Assembly (NCBI GenBank): GCA_963818475.1
Contig: CAWFSF010000006.1
Coordinates: 896,001-960,000 of the forward strand
Direction of reading: 5' to 3'
DNA from: Nitrospirota bacterium
GTDB taxonomy: Bacteria > Nitrospirota > UBA9217
Length of the DNA: 64,000 nucleotides
Made by a program: the position numbers and the translations under genes. Under the pieces are notes generated by a model. The model was given only the letters and a program-made list of their open reading frames with translations. It was not told the origin of the DNA and did not search any database. Below, in pieces: positions 11,379-20,424 of this stretch (position 1 is the stretch's first letter; each line of letters starts with the position of its first letter).

Positions 11379-12660
11379 TCAGCGTTTTCGGATCCTCCTG
11401 CTTGAGATATTTTGGATCGAAGATTCTTTCTTCTTCATCAGCGTCCATGCGATGATCAAGAGTTTTGCGGCGAGCTTGACACGCATCTTTGTGCCGATCC
11501 CTTTCTCCCGCCCGGCCTTTGAGCTTGTTCGTAAAGTAGGCGATGAAGTCCTTGTTCTTGGCGAGGCGATAAGCGCCGCCTGATACAGTCCATACCGGAG
11601 GTCGGCCTTACCCTGTTTGGAGATGACCGGTATCGCGCTGTTTGACTTCTTGCCGCTCCGGTTCGCGCAAAGGCCAAGACCGGCCATTTTCAAGACCTGC
11701 TTCGCGTCGTAAACCGCTGAGGATTACCGATGGCCCCCAGGACTTTCGAAGAGATATCCGGCCCGAATCCCGGAATGCTCAGAAGGTACGTATACTCGGG
11801 AAACTCCAGGCAAGCATCCTCGATCTTGTCTTCCACTGACTTGATGCTTTGGCGAAGCTGCTTCAAACTGTCCACCATGACCTGCGCTTCGAAAAAAGGC
11901 CTCTCCATGGTGACAGATGGATCAACCGCGGCCCTCCAGATCTTGCCACCTTGCGGCCCTTGGATAGCTCATTGTGCCCGGCGCGACGGTACGGCAGAAG
12001 TCATCGTATTCCATGCCAGCGATCTCCGACGGATCGAGGCATTCCCTCACTACTGCCAGGGTTTCCGAGGGACCATAGTGTTGGTCCAGCTCGGGAAATA
12101 CTGCGCGAGGAGTTGGTTGCGAATGCACGCGCTTAAGCCGTGTTCCCGTTTCTTCAGCCGCCGTTTAAGCGCGTTGAGTATACGTACGTTCCGCAGCGTC
12201 ATCAGGGGGTATTCGTAAAACAGGCACTTTCCCTGGGAGATGAGATCGGCGACATTTGCAGCGTCTTTAACGTCATGCTTGTCCCAGCGGCCGTCCAGAA
12301 GCGGCCAGTTGTTCTTGACCGCGACGCCTCCCACAAGAACAACCATGTGCCCGCATTTGATCAGATGCTCCGCCAGGGGCTTGTGATAGTTTGCTGTCGG
12401 CTCGATGCCGAAAACGACTACCGTCAGGCTGTATTGAACTTTTATTCGCTCGACATAAGCGAGCAGCTTTTGAAAGCCTTCAAGCGTATTGTCAAAAACC
12501 AGATTCTTAACCAGAGTTTTGCCACGTGCCGTGCCGAAAAAAGCGTTATGTTTTTCCTTAGCCGCATCAATGCCGACGATCAAATGCTTATCCGAACCGC
12601 GAATCTCTTTCTTCAGTTGAAGAAACTGCTCAAGTCTGATATCATCTACATAGTTCTATA
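11379..12660 (-). pseudogene. IS110-family recombinase (DEDD RuvC + Tnp20), multiple frameshifts
   Basis: LIVGIDAAKEKH, FGIEPTANYH, KHDVKDAANVA, LLSIPGFGP, AGLGL...SGK, ISKQGKADLRYGLYQAA; RBS AGGAGG at ~12665-12670. Confidence 0.9.
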
Positions 12661-12831
12661 GAAGCCTCCTGTCTCTTGAATTTAGTTCCGTCATAAACTA
12701 ATTCTTAGCAAGAGGTTTCTGTTTTGGGTAGCTTATGAAAAAATATTCTTTCAGCTATACTGCTTGATTCACCTATGCTCTTTCTACTATACTTTCTACT
12801 ATATAACGTTGATACCTAGCAAGCATTTAGC

Positions 12832-12952
12832 TTGACAAACCCTACCCTATTTAAAATCACCCCATGCCACGCCAAGCGAGACTCGACGTACCCGGAGCCC
12901 TGTGGGGGCATTGGGGTCACTGAGATACAATGCAACATAAGTAACAACGTCC
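12832..12952 (+). mobile_element. Internally deleted second RAYT element (mini-RAYT)
   Basis: TTGACA at 12832; ATG 12864 encodes MPRQARLDVPGAL (RAYT N-terminus); then GGGGGCATTGGGGTCAC; 12922-12952 matches the RAYT right end 8269-8299 at 30/31 nt. Confidence 0.8.
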
Positions 12953-13180
12953 GTACGCAGTAACAACTGATTATCTTGCGAGTTCAAGTCCCGTCCGAGG
13001 AATTGTCCGTACACCTCGATAGCACGAGGGAGCGGCATCTGAGCAATCGGGACGTATGGGATTTCCCCAAGGTAACCTATAACGCTGATCGGATCCTGCA
13101 ACTGTTGAGACCCCGCCCCACCATAGCCCTTTCCGAAAAAAAGCTTGCAACAACTCAGTAAAATCAGTAATATACACCTC

Positions 13181-13819
13181 GTGAAAAAAATACAGGATTA
13201 CTTCAAAAAATACTTCATTACCGGGCTGCTCGTGCTCATCCCGATCTGGGCGACCTACTATGTGCTGTCAGGCCTGCTGGGGATCATCGACGGGATGCTG
13301 GGCGATTTGCCGGGATACTTGCTGGGACTGAAGTTCCCGGGGCTCGGCATCATCACGCTGATCCTGTTCGTGCTGTTCATCGGCGTCCTCTCCGCCAACT
13401 ATATCGGCAAGAACCTGGTCAGCTACAGCGATTCCATGATGCAACGAGTCCCGTTGGTGCGCGGTGTCTATTCCACCATGAAGAAGATCATGGATACCTT
13501 TTCCATGAAGCAGAACTTCCATGGCGTCGGACTGGTCGAATATCCCCGGAAGGGCTGTTACAGCGTAGGATTCATCACCGGCGGCCTTCAGGGTGAGGAA
13601 TTGGGTCTCACCGGCAGGTTTATGACGGTCTTTGTTCCTACCACCCCGAACCCCACAGCGGGTTTTCTTCTTCTCCTCCCCGAGACGGAGGTGCACCGGC
13701 TCAATATGTCCGTTGATGAGGGCATGAAGTTCATTGTCTCTCTCGGGCTGGTGTCACTGAGCGAGATTCAGGCCAATAAGCTTAAGAACAACGTTTGCAC
13801 TGAGGCTTCCAAAGTATGA
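13181..13819 (+). CDS. DUF502 family membrane protein
   Basis: FITGLLVLIP, VEYPRKG, VFVPTTPNPTAGFL; GTG start at 13181. Confidence 0.85.
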   Translation: MKKIQDYFKKYFITGLLVLIPIWATYYVLSGLLGIIDGMLGDLPGYLLGLKFPGLGIITLILFVLFIGVLSANYIGKNLVSYSDSMMQRVPLVRGVYSTMKKIMDTFSMKQNFHGVGLVEYPRKGCYSVGFITGGLQGEELGLTGRFMTVFVPTTPNPTAGFLLLLPETEVHRLNMSVDEGMKFIVSLGLVSLSEIQANKLKNNVCTEASKV

Positions 13820-15201
13820 AACCGACCGTGGTGATCCTTGCAGCAGGGCTGGGGACGAGAATGAAGTCCGGCCTTGCCAAAGCCCTGCACCCTCTTGCGG
13901 GACGGCCGCTGATCCAGCATGTTCTGGAGGCTGTTTCGGGGCTCGCTGCTGAACGGACCGTTGTCGTGCTGGGCCACCAGGCCGACCACGTGCGGAAAAT
14001 AGTGGAAGGGTACGGCGCAACCATAGCGCTCCAGGCAGAGCAGCTCGGCACGGGACATGCGGTGATGCAGGCACACGAGGTCATTGCTGCGGCGAAAGGA
14101 CCGGTCCTGATCCTCTGCGCTGATACGCCGCTGCTCACCACGACCACGCTGCGTTCGATCGTAGATCTCCATGCCGCGTCCCGCGCTGCGGTGACGGTCA
14201 TGACGGCCGTGGTCCTGGATCCCTTCGGGTACGGCAGGGTCGTGCGGAGCAAGGGCGGCATCACGCGCATTGTCGAGGAGAAGGACGCCACCACGGCCCA
14301 GAAAAAGATCATTGAAGTGAATGCCGGGATCTACTGTTTTGAACAACGGTTCCTGCTGGAAGCGCTGAAGTCCATCGGAAATAAGAACGCACAGGGTGAA
14401 TACTATCTGCCGGATACGATAACGCTGGCGCGGAAAAAACGACTCGTTGTGGCGGGCCTGGTCTGCGAAGACCCTGATGAGGTCATGGGGGTCAATACGC
14501 GGGTCGACCTGAGCCGCGCGGAACATATCATGCGTTCCCGGATCAACCGCGCCTGGATGCTGGCAGGCGTGACCATGCTCGACCCCGGCGCGACCTTCAT
14601 CGGGAGCGAGGTCACCTTGGGCCGCGACTGTATCCTGTATCCGAACGTCAGACTCGAAGGAAAAACAACGATCGGTCAGGGATGCACGGTCTTTCCAGGC
14701 ACCCGGATCGTGGACAGTACCATCGGCAATGCAGTGACGGTCAAGGACTGCTCCGTGATCGAAGAGAGCGCGATCGACGACAGCGCTTCGGTGGGGCCCT
14801 TCGCTCATCTCCGGCCCGGTTCGGTCATCGGCGCCCGGGCCAGGATCGGCAACTTTGTCGAGATAAAGAAAACATCCATTGGCGAGGGCAGCAAGGCGAA
14901 TCATCTCGCCTATATCGGCGACGCCACCGTGGGAAAAGACGTGAACATCGGCGCCGGCGTGATCACCTGCAATTATGACGGTTTCGATAAATTTGCGACG
15001 ATCATCGAGGACGGAGTATTTGTCGGCAGCGACAGCCAACTGGTGGCGCCGGTCCGGATCGGACGCGGGGCGCTTATCGCCGCAGGAGCCACGATCACGC
15101 GCGATGTCCCGGCTGATGCCCTGGCCATCAGCCGCCCGCCGCAGGACATACGCGAAGGTTTTGCCGGAAGGCGAAGGAAAATGAAGCAAAAAAAGAAGTG
15201 A
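13816..15201 (+). CDS. glmU: Bifunctional UDP-GlcNAc pyrophosphorylase/glucosamine-1-P acetyltransferase
   Basis: ILAAGLGTRMKS, QLGTGHAV, GEYYLPD, VGPFAHLRPG, GNFVEIKK, hexapeptide repeats. Confidence 0.97.
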   Translation: MKPTVVILAAGLGTRMKSGLAKALHPLAGRPLIQHVLEAVSGLAAERTVVVLGHQADHVRKIVEGYGATIALQAEQLGTGHAVMQAHEVIAAAKGPVLILCADTPLLTTTTLRSIVDLHAASRAAVTVMTAVVLDPFGYGRVVRSKGGITRIVEEKDATTAQKKIIEVNAGIYCFEQRFLLEALKSIGNKNAQGEYYLPDTITLARKKRLVVAGLVCEDPDEVMGVNTRVDLSRAEHIMRSRINRAWMLAGVTMLDPGATFIGSEVTLGRDCILYPNVRLEGKTTIGQGCTVFPGTRIVDSTIGNAVTVKDCSVIEESAIDDSASVGPFAHLRPGSVIGARARIGNFVEIKKTSIGEGSKANHLAYIGDATVGKDVNIGAGVITCNYDGFDKFATIIEDGVFVGSDSQLVAPVRIGRGALIAAGATITRDVPADALAISRPPQDIREGFAGRRRKMKQKKK

Positions 15202-15203
15202 TT

Positions 15204-15375
15204 TTGATGCATTCGTAAAAAGTCGAGAAGGCCGTCTTTGTGAGGGTCCCTTGCCGTCATTGCGAGCCAAAGGCGAAGCAATCTCGAAGTTGGTATCTGC
15301 CTGGAAAAACGAGATTGCCGCGTCGCTCCGCTCCTCGCAATGACAGCAGTTGGGGACTTCTTACGAGACCATCAA
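15204..15375. repeat. Nested palindromic intergenic repeat (REP/MITE-like)
   Basis: Outer IR TTGATG..TCGTAAAAAGTC / GACTTCTTACGAGACCATCAA; inner IR GTCATTGCGAG (15256-15266) / CTCGCAATGAC (15334-15344); half copy at ~47501-47547. Confidence 0.75.
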
Positions 15376-15420
15376 TCTTGCACTTTGCAATTTGTGTTAC
15401 GAACTGAGGTGTTTTGATCT

Positions 15421-17250
15421 ATGTGCGGAATTATCGGCTATATCGGCAAAGAACCTGCAGTCCCGATCCTGATCGAGGGGCTTAAAAAGCTTGAGTACCG
15501 CGGCTATGATTCTTCAGGCGTGGCGGTCATGCAGAATGACAAGATCGAGGTCCGCAGGGCCGTGGGCAAGCTCCAGAACCTGGAGACGCTGCTTCGCAGC
15601 GAATCGCTGAGCGGCAGGATCGGTATCGGACATGTCCGCTGGGCCACGCACGGCCGCCCGTCCGAGGAGAACGCCCATCCGCACCGCGCCGGCAACATCG
15701 TGGTCGTGCACAACGGCATCATCGAAAACTATATTACGCTCAAAAAAGAGCTCGCTGCCAAGGGCCGCACCTTTCTGTCCGAAACTGACACAGAGGTCAT
15801 CGCTCAGTTGATTGACAGCCTTGCCAAAGACGGCGTCAGCCTTGAAACGGCTGTCCGGGAAGCGACCCGCCACCTCGAAGGGGCCTACGCCATAGCGGTC
15901 ATCGACGAGCGTGACCCCGAGGTCGTCATCGGCGCACGGAAGGGCAGTCCGCTGGTTGTCGGTCTCGGCCAGGGTGAGTTTTTCCTGGCTTCGGATATCC
16001 CCGCCATTTTGCACCGCACGCGCGACGTGCTGTTCCTGGACGACGATGAGATGGCCATCCTTTCGGATGTGGGGGTCCGTATTACCGACCTCAAAGGCAA
16101 TGAAGTGACCCGCGAGATCACCCGCGTCCTCTGGAACCCGGTGATGGCGGAAAAGGGCGGTTACCGCCACTTCATGCTGAAGGAGATCTTCGAGCAGCCC
16201 CGGGCGATCATGGACACCATCCGCGGCCGCATTTCCCAGGAAACCGGCGCCATTCATCTGGAAGAGGTCGGCATCGGTCGGGAGCGCCTCAATACGATCA
16301 AGAAGATCTTTATCGTTGCCTGCGGCACGTCATGGCATGCCGGCCTGGCGGGCAAATACATGATCGAAGAGCTCGCGTCGATCCCGACCGAGGTCGACAT
16401 CGCATCGGAGTTCCGGTACCGTAATCCCCTGGTGGGCCCCGACGACCTGTTCATCGCCATTACCCAGTCGGGCGAGACCGCCGATACGCTGGCTGCCATG
16501 CGCGAGGCCAAGAAAAAAGGGGCAACGGTCATTGTTGTCTGCAATGTCGTTGGATCCACGGCGAGCCGCGAGGCCGACGGCGTGGTCTATACCCACGCCG
16601 GACCCGAGATCGGCGTGGCTTCGACCAAAGCCTTTACAGCACAGCTTACGGCGCTCTACCTCTTCGGCCTGTTCTTCGCCGGATTGCGCAAAACGCTTGC
16701 TATTGACGAATTGAAGAAGAAGCTTGCCGACCTGGTGCACATTCCCTCGCTTGTTGAGCGCTGCCTTGAGGACAACGAACGCATCGAGCAGATCGCGAAG
16801 CTTTTCTTCAAGGCCAACGACTTCCTGTACCTCGGCCGGGGGCCGAACTTCCCGGTAGCGCTCGAGGGCGCGCTCAAACTGAAAGAGATCTCATACATCC
16901 ATGCCGAGGGGTATCCGGCTGGAGAAATGAAACACGGTCCGATCGCGCTGATCGACGAGAACCTGCCCGTCGTGGTCCTGGCCGGCAGGAACGGCGTCTA
17001 TGAAAAGATCCTGGCCAATATCGAAGAAGTGAAGGCCCGCGGCGGGATCGTCATCGCGATCACGACCGAGGGAGACACCGAGATCGTCAAGCGGGTGGAC
17101 CACGCGGTCGCGGTGCCGGCGACGAACCAGCTGTTGATGCCGATCCTCCTGTCCATCCCGCTCCAGTTGCTGGCATACCACATTGCCGTGCTGCGCGGCG
17201 CCGATGTTGACCAGCCCCGAAATCTAGCCAAGAGCGTAACGGTGGAGTGA
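15421..17250 (+). CDS. glmS: Glutamine-fructose-6-phosphate aminotransferase
   Basis: MCGIIGY, LEYRGYDS, HVRWATHG, SIS domains, PRNLAKSVTVE. Confidence 0.98.
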   Translation: MCGIIGYIGKEPAVPILIEGLKKLEYRGYDSSGVAVMQNDKIEVRRAVGKLQNLETLLRSESLSGRIGIGHVRWATHGRPSEENAHPHRAGNIVVVHNGIIENYITLKKELAAKGRTFLSETDTEVIAQLIDSLAKDGVSLETAVREATRHLEGAYAIAVIDERDPEVVIGARKGSPLVVGLGQGEFFLASDIPAILHRTRDVLFLDDDEMAILSDVGVRITDLKGNEVTREITRVLWNPVMAEKGGYRHFMLKEIFEQPRAIMDTIRGRISQETGAIHLEEVGIGRERLNTIKKIFIVACGTSWHAGLAGKYMIEELASIPTEVDIASEFRYRNPLVGPDDLFIAITQSGETADTLAAMREAKKKGATVIVVCNVVGSTASREADGVVYTHAGPEIGVASTKAFTAQLTALYLFGLFFAGLRKTLAIDELKKKLADLVHIPSLVERCLEDNERIEQIAKLFFKANDFLYLGRGPNFPVALEGALKLKEISYIHAEGYPAGEMKHGPIALIDENLPVVVLAGRNGVYEKILANIEEVKARGGIVIAITTEGDTEIVKRVDHAVAVPATNQLLMPILLSIPLQLLAYHIAVLRGADVDQPRNLAKSVTVE

Positions 17251-17253
17251 TGC

Positions 17254-17328
17254 AATTGCGGATTTCGGATTGCGGATTTCGGATTTAAATTCCGTTCATT
17301 CCGCAATTCACATTCCGCAATCCGCAAT
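17254..17328. repeat. Heptamer tandem repeats in inverted arrangement (TGCGGAT/ATCCGCA type)
   Basis: TTGCGGATTTCGGATTGCGGATTTCGGATTT ... ATTCCGCAATTCACATTCCGCAATCCGCAAT; related runs at ~19997 and ~29224. Confidence 0.8.
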
Positions 17329-17332
17329 AGTT

Positions 17333-19558
17333 ATGGACTATTTAGAGAATCTCAATCCGCCTCAGCGCGAGGCTGTTCTGTACGGCGACGGGCCGCTCCT
17401 GATCCTGGCCGGCGCGGGCAGCGGCAAAACGCGGGTGATCACCAGCAGGATCGCGCATCTGATCCGCGAGCGGCACGTCGATCCGAGCAACATTCTAGCG
17501 GTCACCTTTACGAACAAGGCGGCCAACGAAATGCGGGAGCGGGTGGAGCGGATGATCAGCATCCCGCTGAACCGGCTCTGGATCAGCACGTTCCATTCGT
17601 CCTGCGTTCGCATCCTGCGCCAGCACATCAATGCGCTGGGGTATCAGAAGCAGTTCGTGATCTATGACGAAACGGACCGGTCCTCGCTCATCAAGGCTTG
17701 CATGGCGGACCTCAGGATCGATGCCGAGCAGTACCAGCCCCGGGCGATCGTAGCGCGCATCAGCGCGCTCAAGAACAACCTGACCGACGCGGAGCAGTTC
17801 GCCAGAACAGGAGGCCGGTTCGGCTTCGAAGAGGCGGTGGCGCGCGTTTATGCCCTCTATAGCGAGAAACTGAAGGAGTCGGGCGGGGTGGACTTCGACG
17901 ATCTGCTCATGCTGACGGTGAGGCTCTTCGAGGGGCACCCGGACGTGCTGGCCTACTACCAGGACCTGTTCAAGCACATTCTGATCGACGAGTACCAGGA
18001 CACGAACCATGCCCAGTACCGTTTTATCAGGCTTTTGACGGCGAAACATAAGAACCTCTGTGTGGTGGGTGATGACGATCAAAGCATTTACCGGTTCCGG
18101 GGCGCCGATATCTCGAACATCCTGAACTTCGAGAAGGACTTCCCCAACGTCAAAGTCATCAAGCTTGAGCAGAACTACCGTTCAACGAGCAATATCCTGG
18201 GCGCGGCAGGTGCTGTGGTCAGCCGCAACCTCGGCAGGAAAAAGAAGGAGCTTTGGACCGAGAAGCGTGGCGGCGAGAAGATCCTGTGCTACAAGGCAAC
18301 GGACGAGAAGGACGAAGCTCGCTATATCTGCAGGACCATCCAGCAGCAGATCGACGAGGGCAGGAGCCTGCGCGAGATCGCGGTGCTGTATCGCACCAAC
18401 GCCCAGTCACGCGCCCTGGAAGATGCACTCCGGGACCGGGGAATCCCGTACCGGATCTTCGGCGGCCTGCGGTTCTATGACCGCAAGGAGATCAAGGACA
18501 TCATCGCCTATCTGCGGGTGCTGCATAATCCCGCTGACGTGGTGAGCCTGCGCAGGATCATTAATGTGCCTGCCCGGGGCATCGGCGATACCACGGTCGA
18601 CAAACTGGAACGTGCTGCAAACCTGGCAGGTACGGGCCTCTATCAGGCGGTTGCCGGCGCAGAGCAGACCGACGTCACCCCTGCGGCAAAGCGGAAGCTT
18701 CGGGACTTTACCGCCATGATGGACCGTTTGCGGGAACTGACGGGCGTGCTGACGATCACGGACCTCGTAAGACGGGTGATCTTCGAAAGCGGTTACGGCA
18801 CTGCACTCGAACAGGAGAAGTCGATCGAATCCCGGATCAGGCTCGAGAACCTTACGGAGCTCATGACCGCTACCGAGGATTTCCTGGAGCAGCACCGGGA
18901 CGCATCGCTCGCCATGTTCCTGGACCAAGTGGCGCTGATGACCGATTCAGAACAGCAGATGTCCGCCGAGAGCAGGCGCGGGAACAATGATTCGGTGACG
19001 CTCATGACGCTTCATAGTGCCAAGGGTCTGGAGTTCGCCGTGGTGTTCCTGGCCGGGATGGAAGAGGGGCTGTTCCCCCATTCCCGGTCTGCTGAAAACG
19101 AGGACGAGCTTGAGGAGGAGCGCAGGCTCTGCTACGTTGGCATGACACGGGCCAAGGAGCGCCTCATCCTGACCCATGCCCGGGAACGCCGGCTCTACGG
19201 GTATCCGCAGGCGAACCTGGTGTCGCGCTTTATCCAGGATATCCCGGACGAAGCGATCGAAATGACTGGCGGTGATTTCGCGGCGGCCATTCAGGTCAGG
19301 GAACCGCAAAGGTGGAACACGGCCATTTCACCACCGGCCAGAAAAGGGCCGCCCGTCATCCATCCTGCGTCACCCAGCCAGAAGGGCGCGGCAGGATCTC
19401 CCTTTTACAACGGCGCGGTGGTGCGTCATGCCAAGTTCGGGCTCGGTACGGTGCAGCGGTCTGAGGGGGCGGGCGATGACCTCAAGATCAGCGTCAGTTT
19501 CCCGGGACACGGAGTGAAGACGCTTGCGGTGAAGTATGCGAATCTGGAGATCATTTAG
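17333..19558 (+). CDS. pcrA: ATP-dependent DNA helicase PcrA/UvrD
   Basis: LAGAGSGKTRV, VTFTNKAA, IDEYQDTN, VGDDDQSIY, LEQNYRST, TLHSAKGLEF, EERRLCYVGMTRA, C-terminal Tudor-like domain. Confidence 0.93.
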   Translation: MDYLENLNPPQREAVLYGDGPLLILAGAGSGKTRVITSRIAHLIRERHVDPSNILAVTFTNKAANEMRERVERMISIPLNRLWISTFHSSCVRILRQHINALGYQKQFVIYDETDRSSLIKACMADLRIDAEQYQPRAIVARISALKNNLTDAEQFARTGGRFGFEEAVARVYALYSEKLKESGGVDFDDLLMLTVRLFEGHPDVLAYYQDLFKHILIDEYQDTNHAQYRFIRLLTAKHKNLCVVGDDDQSIYRFRGADISNILNFEKDFPNVKVIKLEQNYRSTSNILGAAGAVVSRNLGRKKKELWTEKRGGEKILCYKATDEKDEARYICRTIQQQIDEGRSLREIAVLYRTNAQSRALEDALRDRGIPYRIFGGLRFYDRKEIKDIIAYLRVLHNPADVVSLRRIINVPARGIGDTTVDKLERAANLAGTGLYQAVAGAEQTDVTPAAKRKLRDFTAMMDRLRELTGVLTITDLVRRVIFESGYGTALEQEKSIESRIRLENLTELMTATEDFLEQHRDASLAMFLDQVALMTDSEQQMSAESRRGNNDSVTLMTLHSAKGLEFAVVFLAGMEEGLFPHSRSAENEDELEEERRLCYVGMTRAKERLILTHARERRLYGYPQANLVSRFIQDIPDEAIEMTGGDFAAAIQVREPQRWNTAISPPARKGPPVIHPASPSQKGAAGSPFYNGAVVRHAKFGLGTVQRSEGAGDDLKISVSFPGHGVKTLAVKYANLEII

Positions 19559-19579
19559 GAGCAACTGCAAGTCGAATTT

Positions 19580-19661
19580 AACCGCTGAGACGCAGAGGCG
19601 CAGAGAAAATCTTTATTATGTTCAATGCGCCCTCCTCCGCGTCTCCGCGTCTCGGCGGTGG
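19580..19661. repeat. Intergenic palindrome with CGCAGAG/CTCCGCG units
   Basis: ACCGCTGAGACGCAGAGGCGCAGAG ... CTCCGCGTCTCCGCGTCTCGGCGGT. Confidence 0.7.
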
Positions 19662-19705
19662 ATAATGACTTTTTACTGCAATATAGACTTTTACAGGAGT
19701 CCAGA

Positions 19706-19993
19706 ATGAATATCACGAAGCAGGAAGTAGAACATGTTGCCAGGCTTGCCAGGCTGGAGTTGTCGGAGCAGGAAAAGGAAAAATTGACTGAGCAGCTTTC
19801 GGGCATTCTCACGTATGTGGAGAAGCTGAACGAGCTCACAACCACGGGTGTGGAGCCGACGGCGCATGTGCTCGATATCAGCAACGTCATGCGCGACGAT
19901 CTGCCTGCCGAGAGCCTTTCCCAGGAGCGGGCGCTGGCCAATGCGCCGGATAAGGCGGCAGGACATTTCCGCGTGCCGCTCATAATTGAATAA
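19706..19993 (+). CDS. gatC: Asp/Glu-tRNA amidotransferase subunit C
   Basis: ITKQEVEHVARLARLEL...ALANAP...FRVP; RBS CAGGAG. Confidence 0.95.
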   Translation: MNITKQEVEHVARLARLELSEQEKEKLTEQLSGILTYVEKLNELTTTGVEPTAHVLDISNVMRDDLPAESLSQERALANAPDKAAGHFRVPLIIE

Positions 19994-20050
19994 TACGATT
20001 TCGGATTGCGGAATGAAAACAAAGAATCAAGAACGGAAAAAGAGGATATC

Positions 20051-20422
20051 ATGTTTAGATTGATGCTGCGATCAAAGATCCACCGGGCGACCGTAACGGA
20101 CGCAAATCTCGAATACGAGGGTAGCCTGACCGTTGACCCGCTTCTGCTCGAAGCTGCCGATATGCTTCCCTATGAGCAGGTGCGCGTGTCGAACCTGAAC
20201 AACGGCGAACGTTTCGAGACCTATCTCATACCCGGAAAGCGCGGTTCGGGAGACATGTGCCTGAACGGCCCTACGGCGCGCAAAGGAGCCAAGGGCGACA
20301 AGATCATCGTTTTCTGCTATGAGTACTACAACGAGCAGGAGCTGAAAACCTTCAAGCCCAATATTGTTCTCGTCGACGACCGAAACAAGATGGTTTCCGT
20401 GGGCCACGCCATAAAGGAGTAG
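20051..20422 (+). CDS. panD: Aspartate 1-decarboxylase
   Basis: [20 protein letters not shown] (Gly-Ser autocleavage site), NGERFETY. Confidence 0.95.
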   Translation: MFRLMLRSKIHRATVTDANLEYEGSLTVDPLLLEAADMLPYEQVRVSNLNNGERFETYLIPGKRGSGDMCLNGPTARKGAKGDKIIVFCYEYYNEQELKTFKPNIVLVDDRNKMVSVGHAIKE

Positions 20423-20424
20423 CG

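Larger units (their letters stand above)
11061..12805 (-). mobile_element. IS110-family element flanked by TACTATATA direct repeats
   Basis: TACTATATA at 11061-11069 and 12797-12805; outward-reading TTGACA in the right end (minus strand, 11075-11080); transposase inside. Confidence 0.8.

Noticed and set aside
12953-13105. 84-aa minus-strand ORF 12847-13101
   Set aside because: It runs across the mini-RAYT junctions, so it is a chimera of fragments; origin not identifiable.
7188-13115. CRISPR array or classical integron
   Set aside because: Repeats are irregularly spaced and variable; no cas gene or tyrosine-recombinase integrase is in the window.
15202-15420. glmS ribozyme upstream of glmS
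   Set aside because: The interval is explained by a nested palindromic repeat with a partial copy elsewhere; no ribozyme core was recognised.
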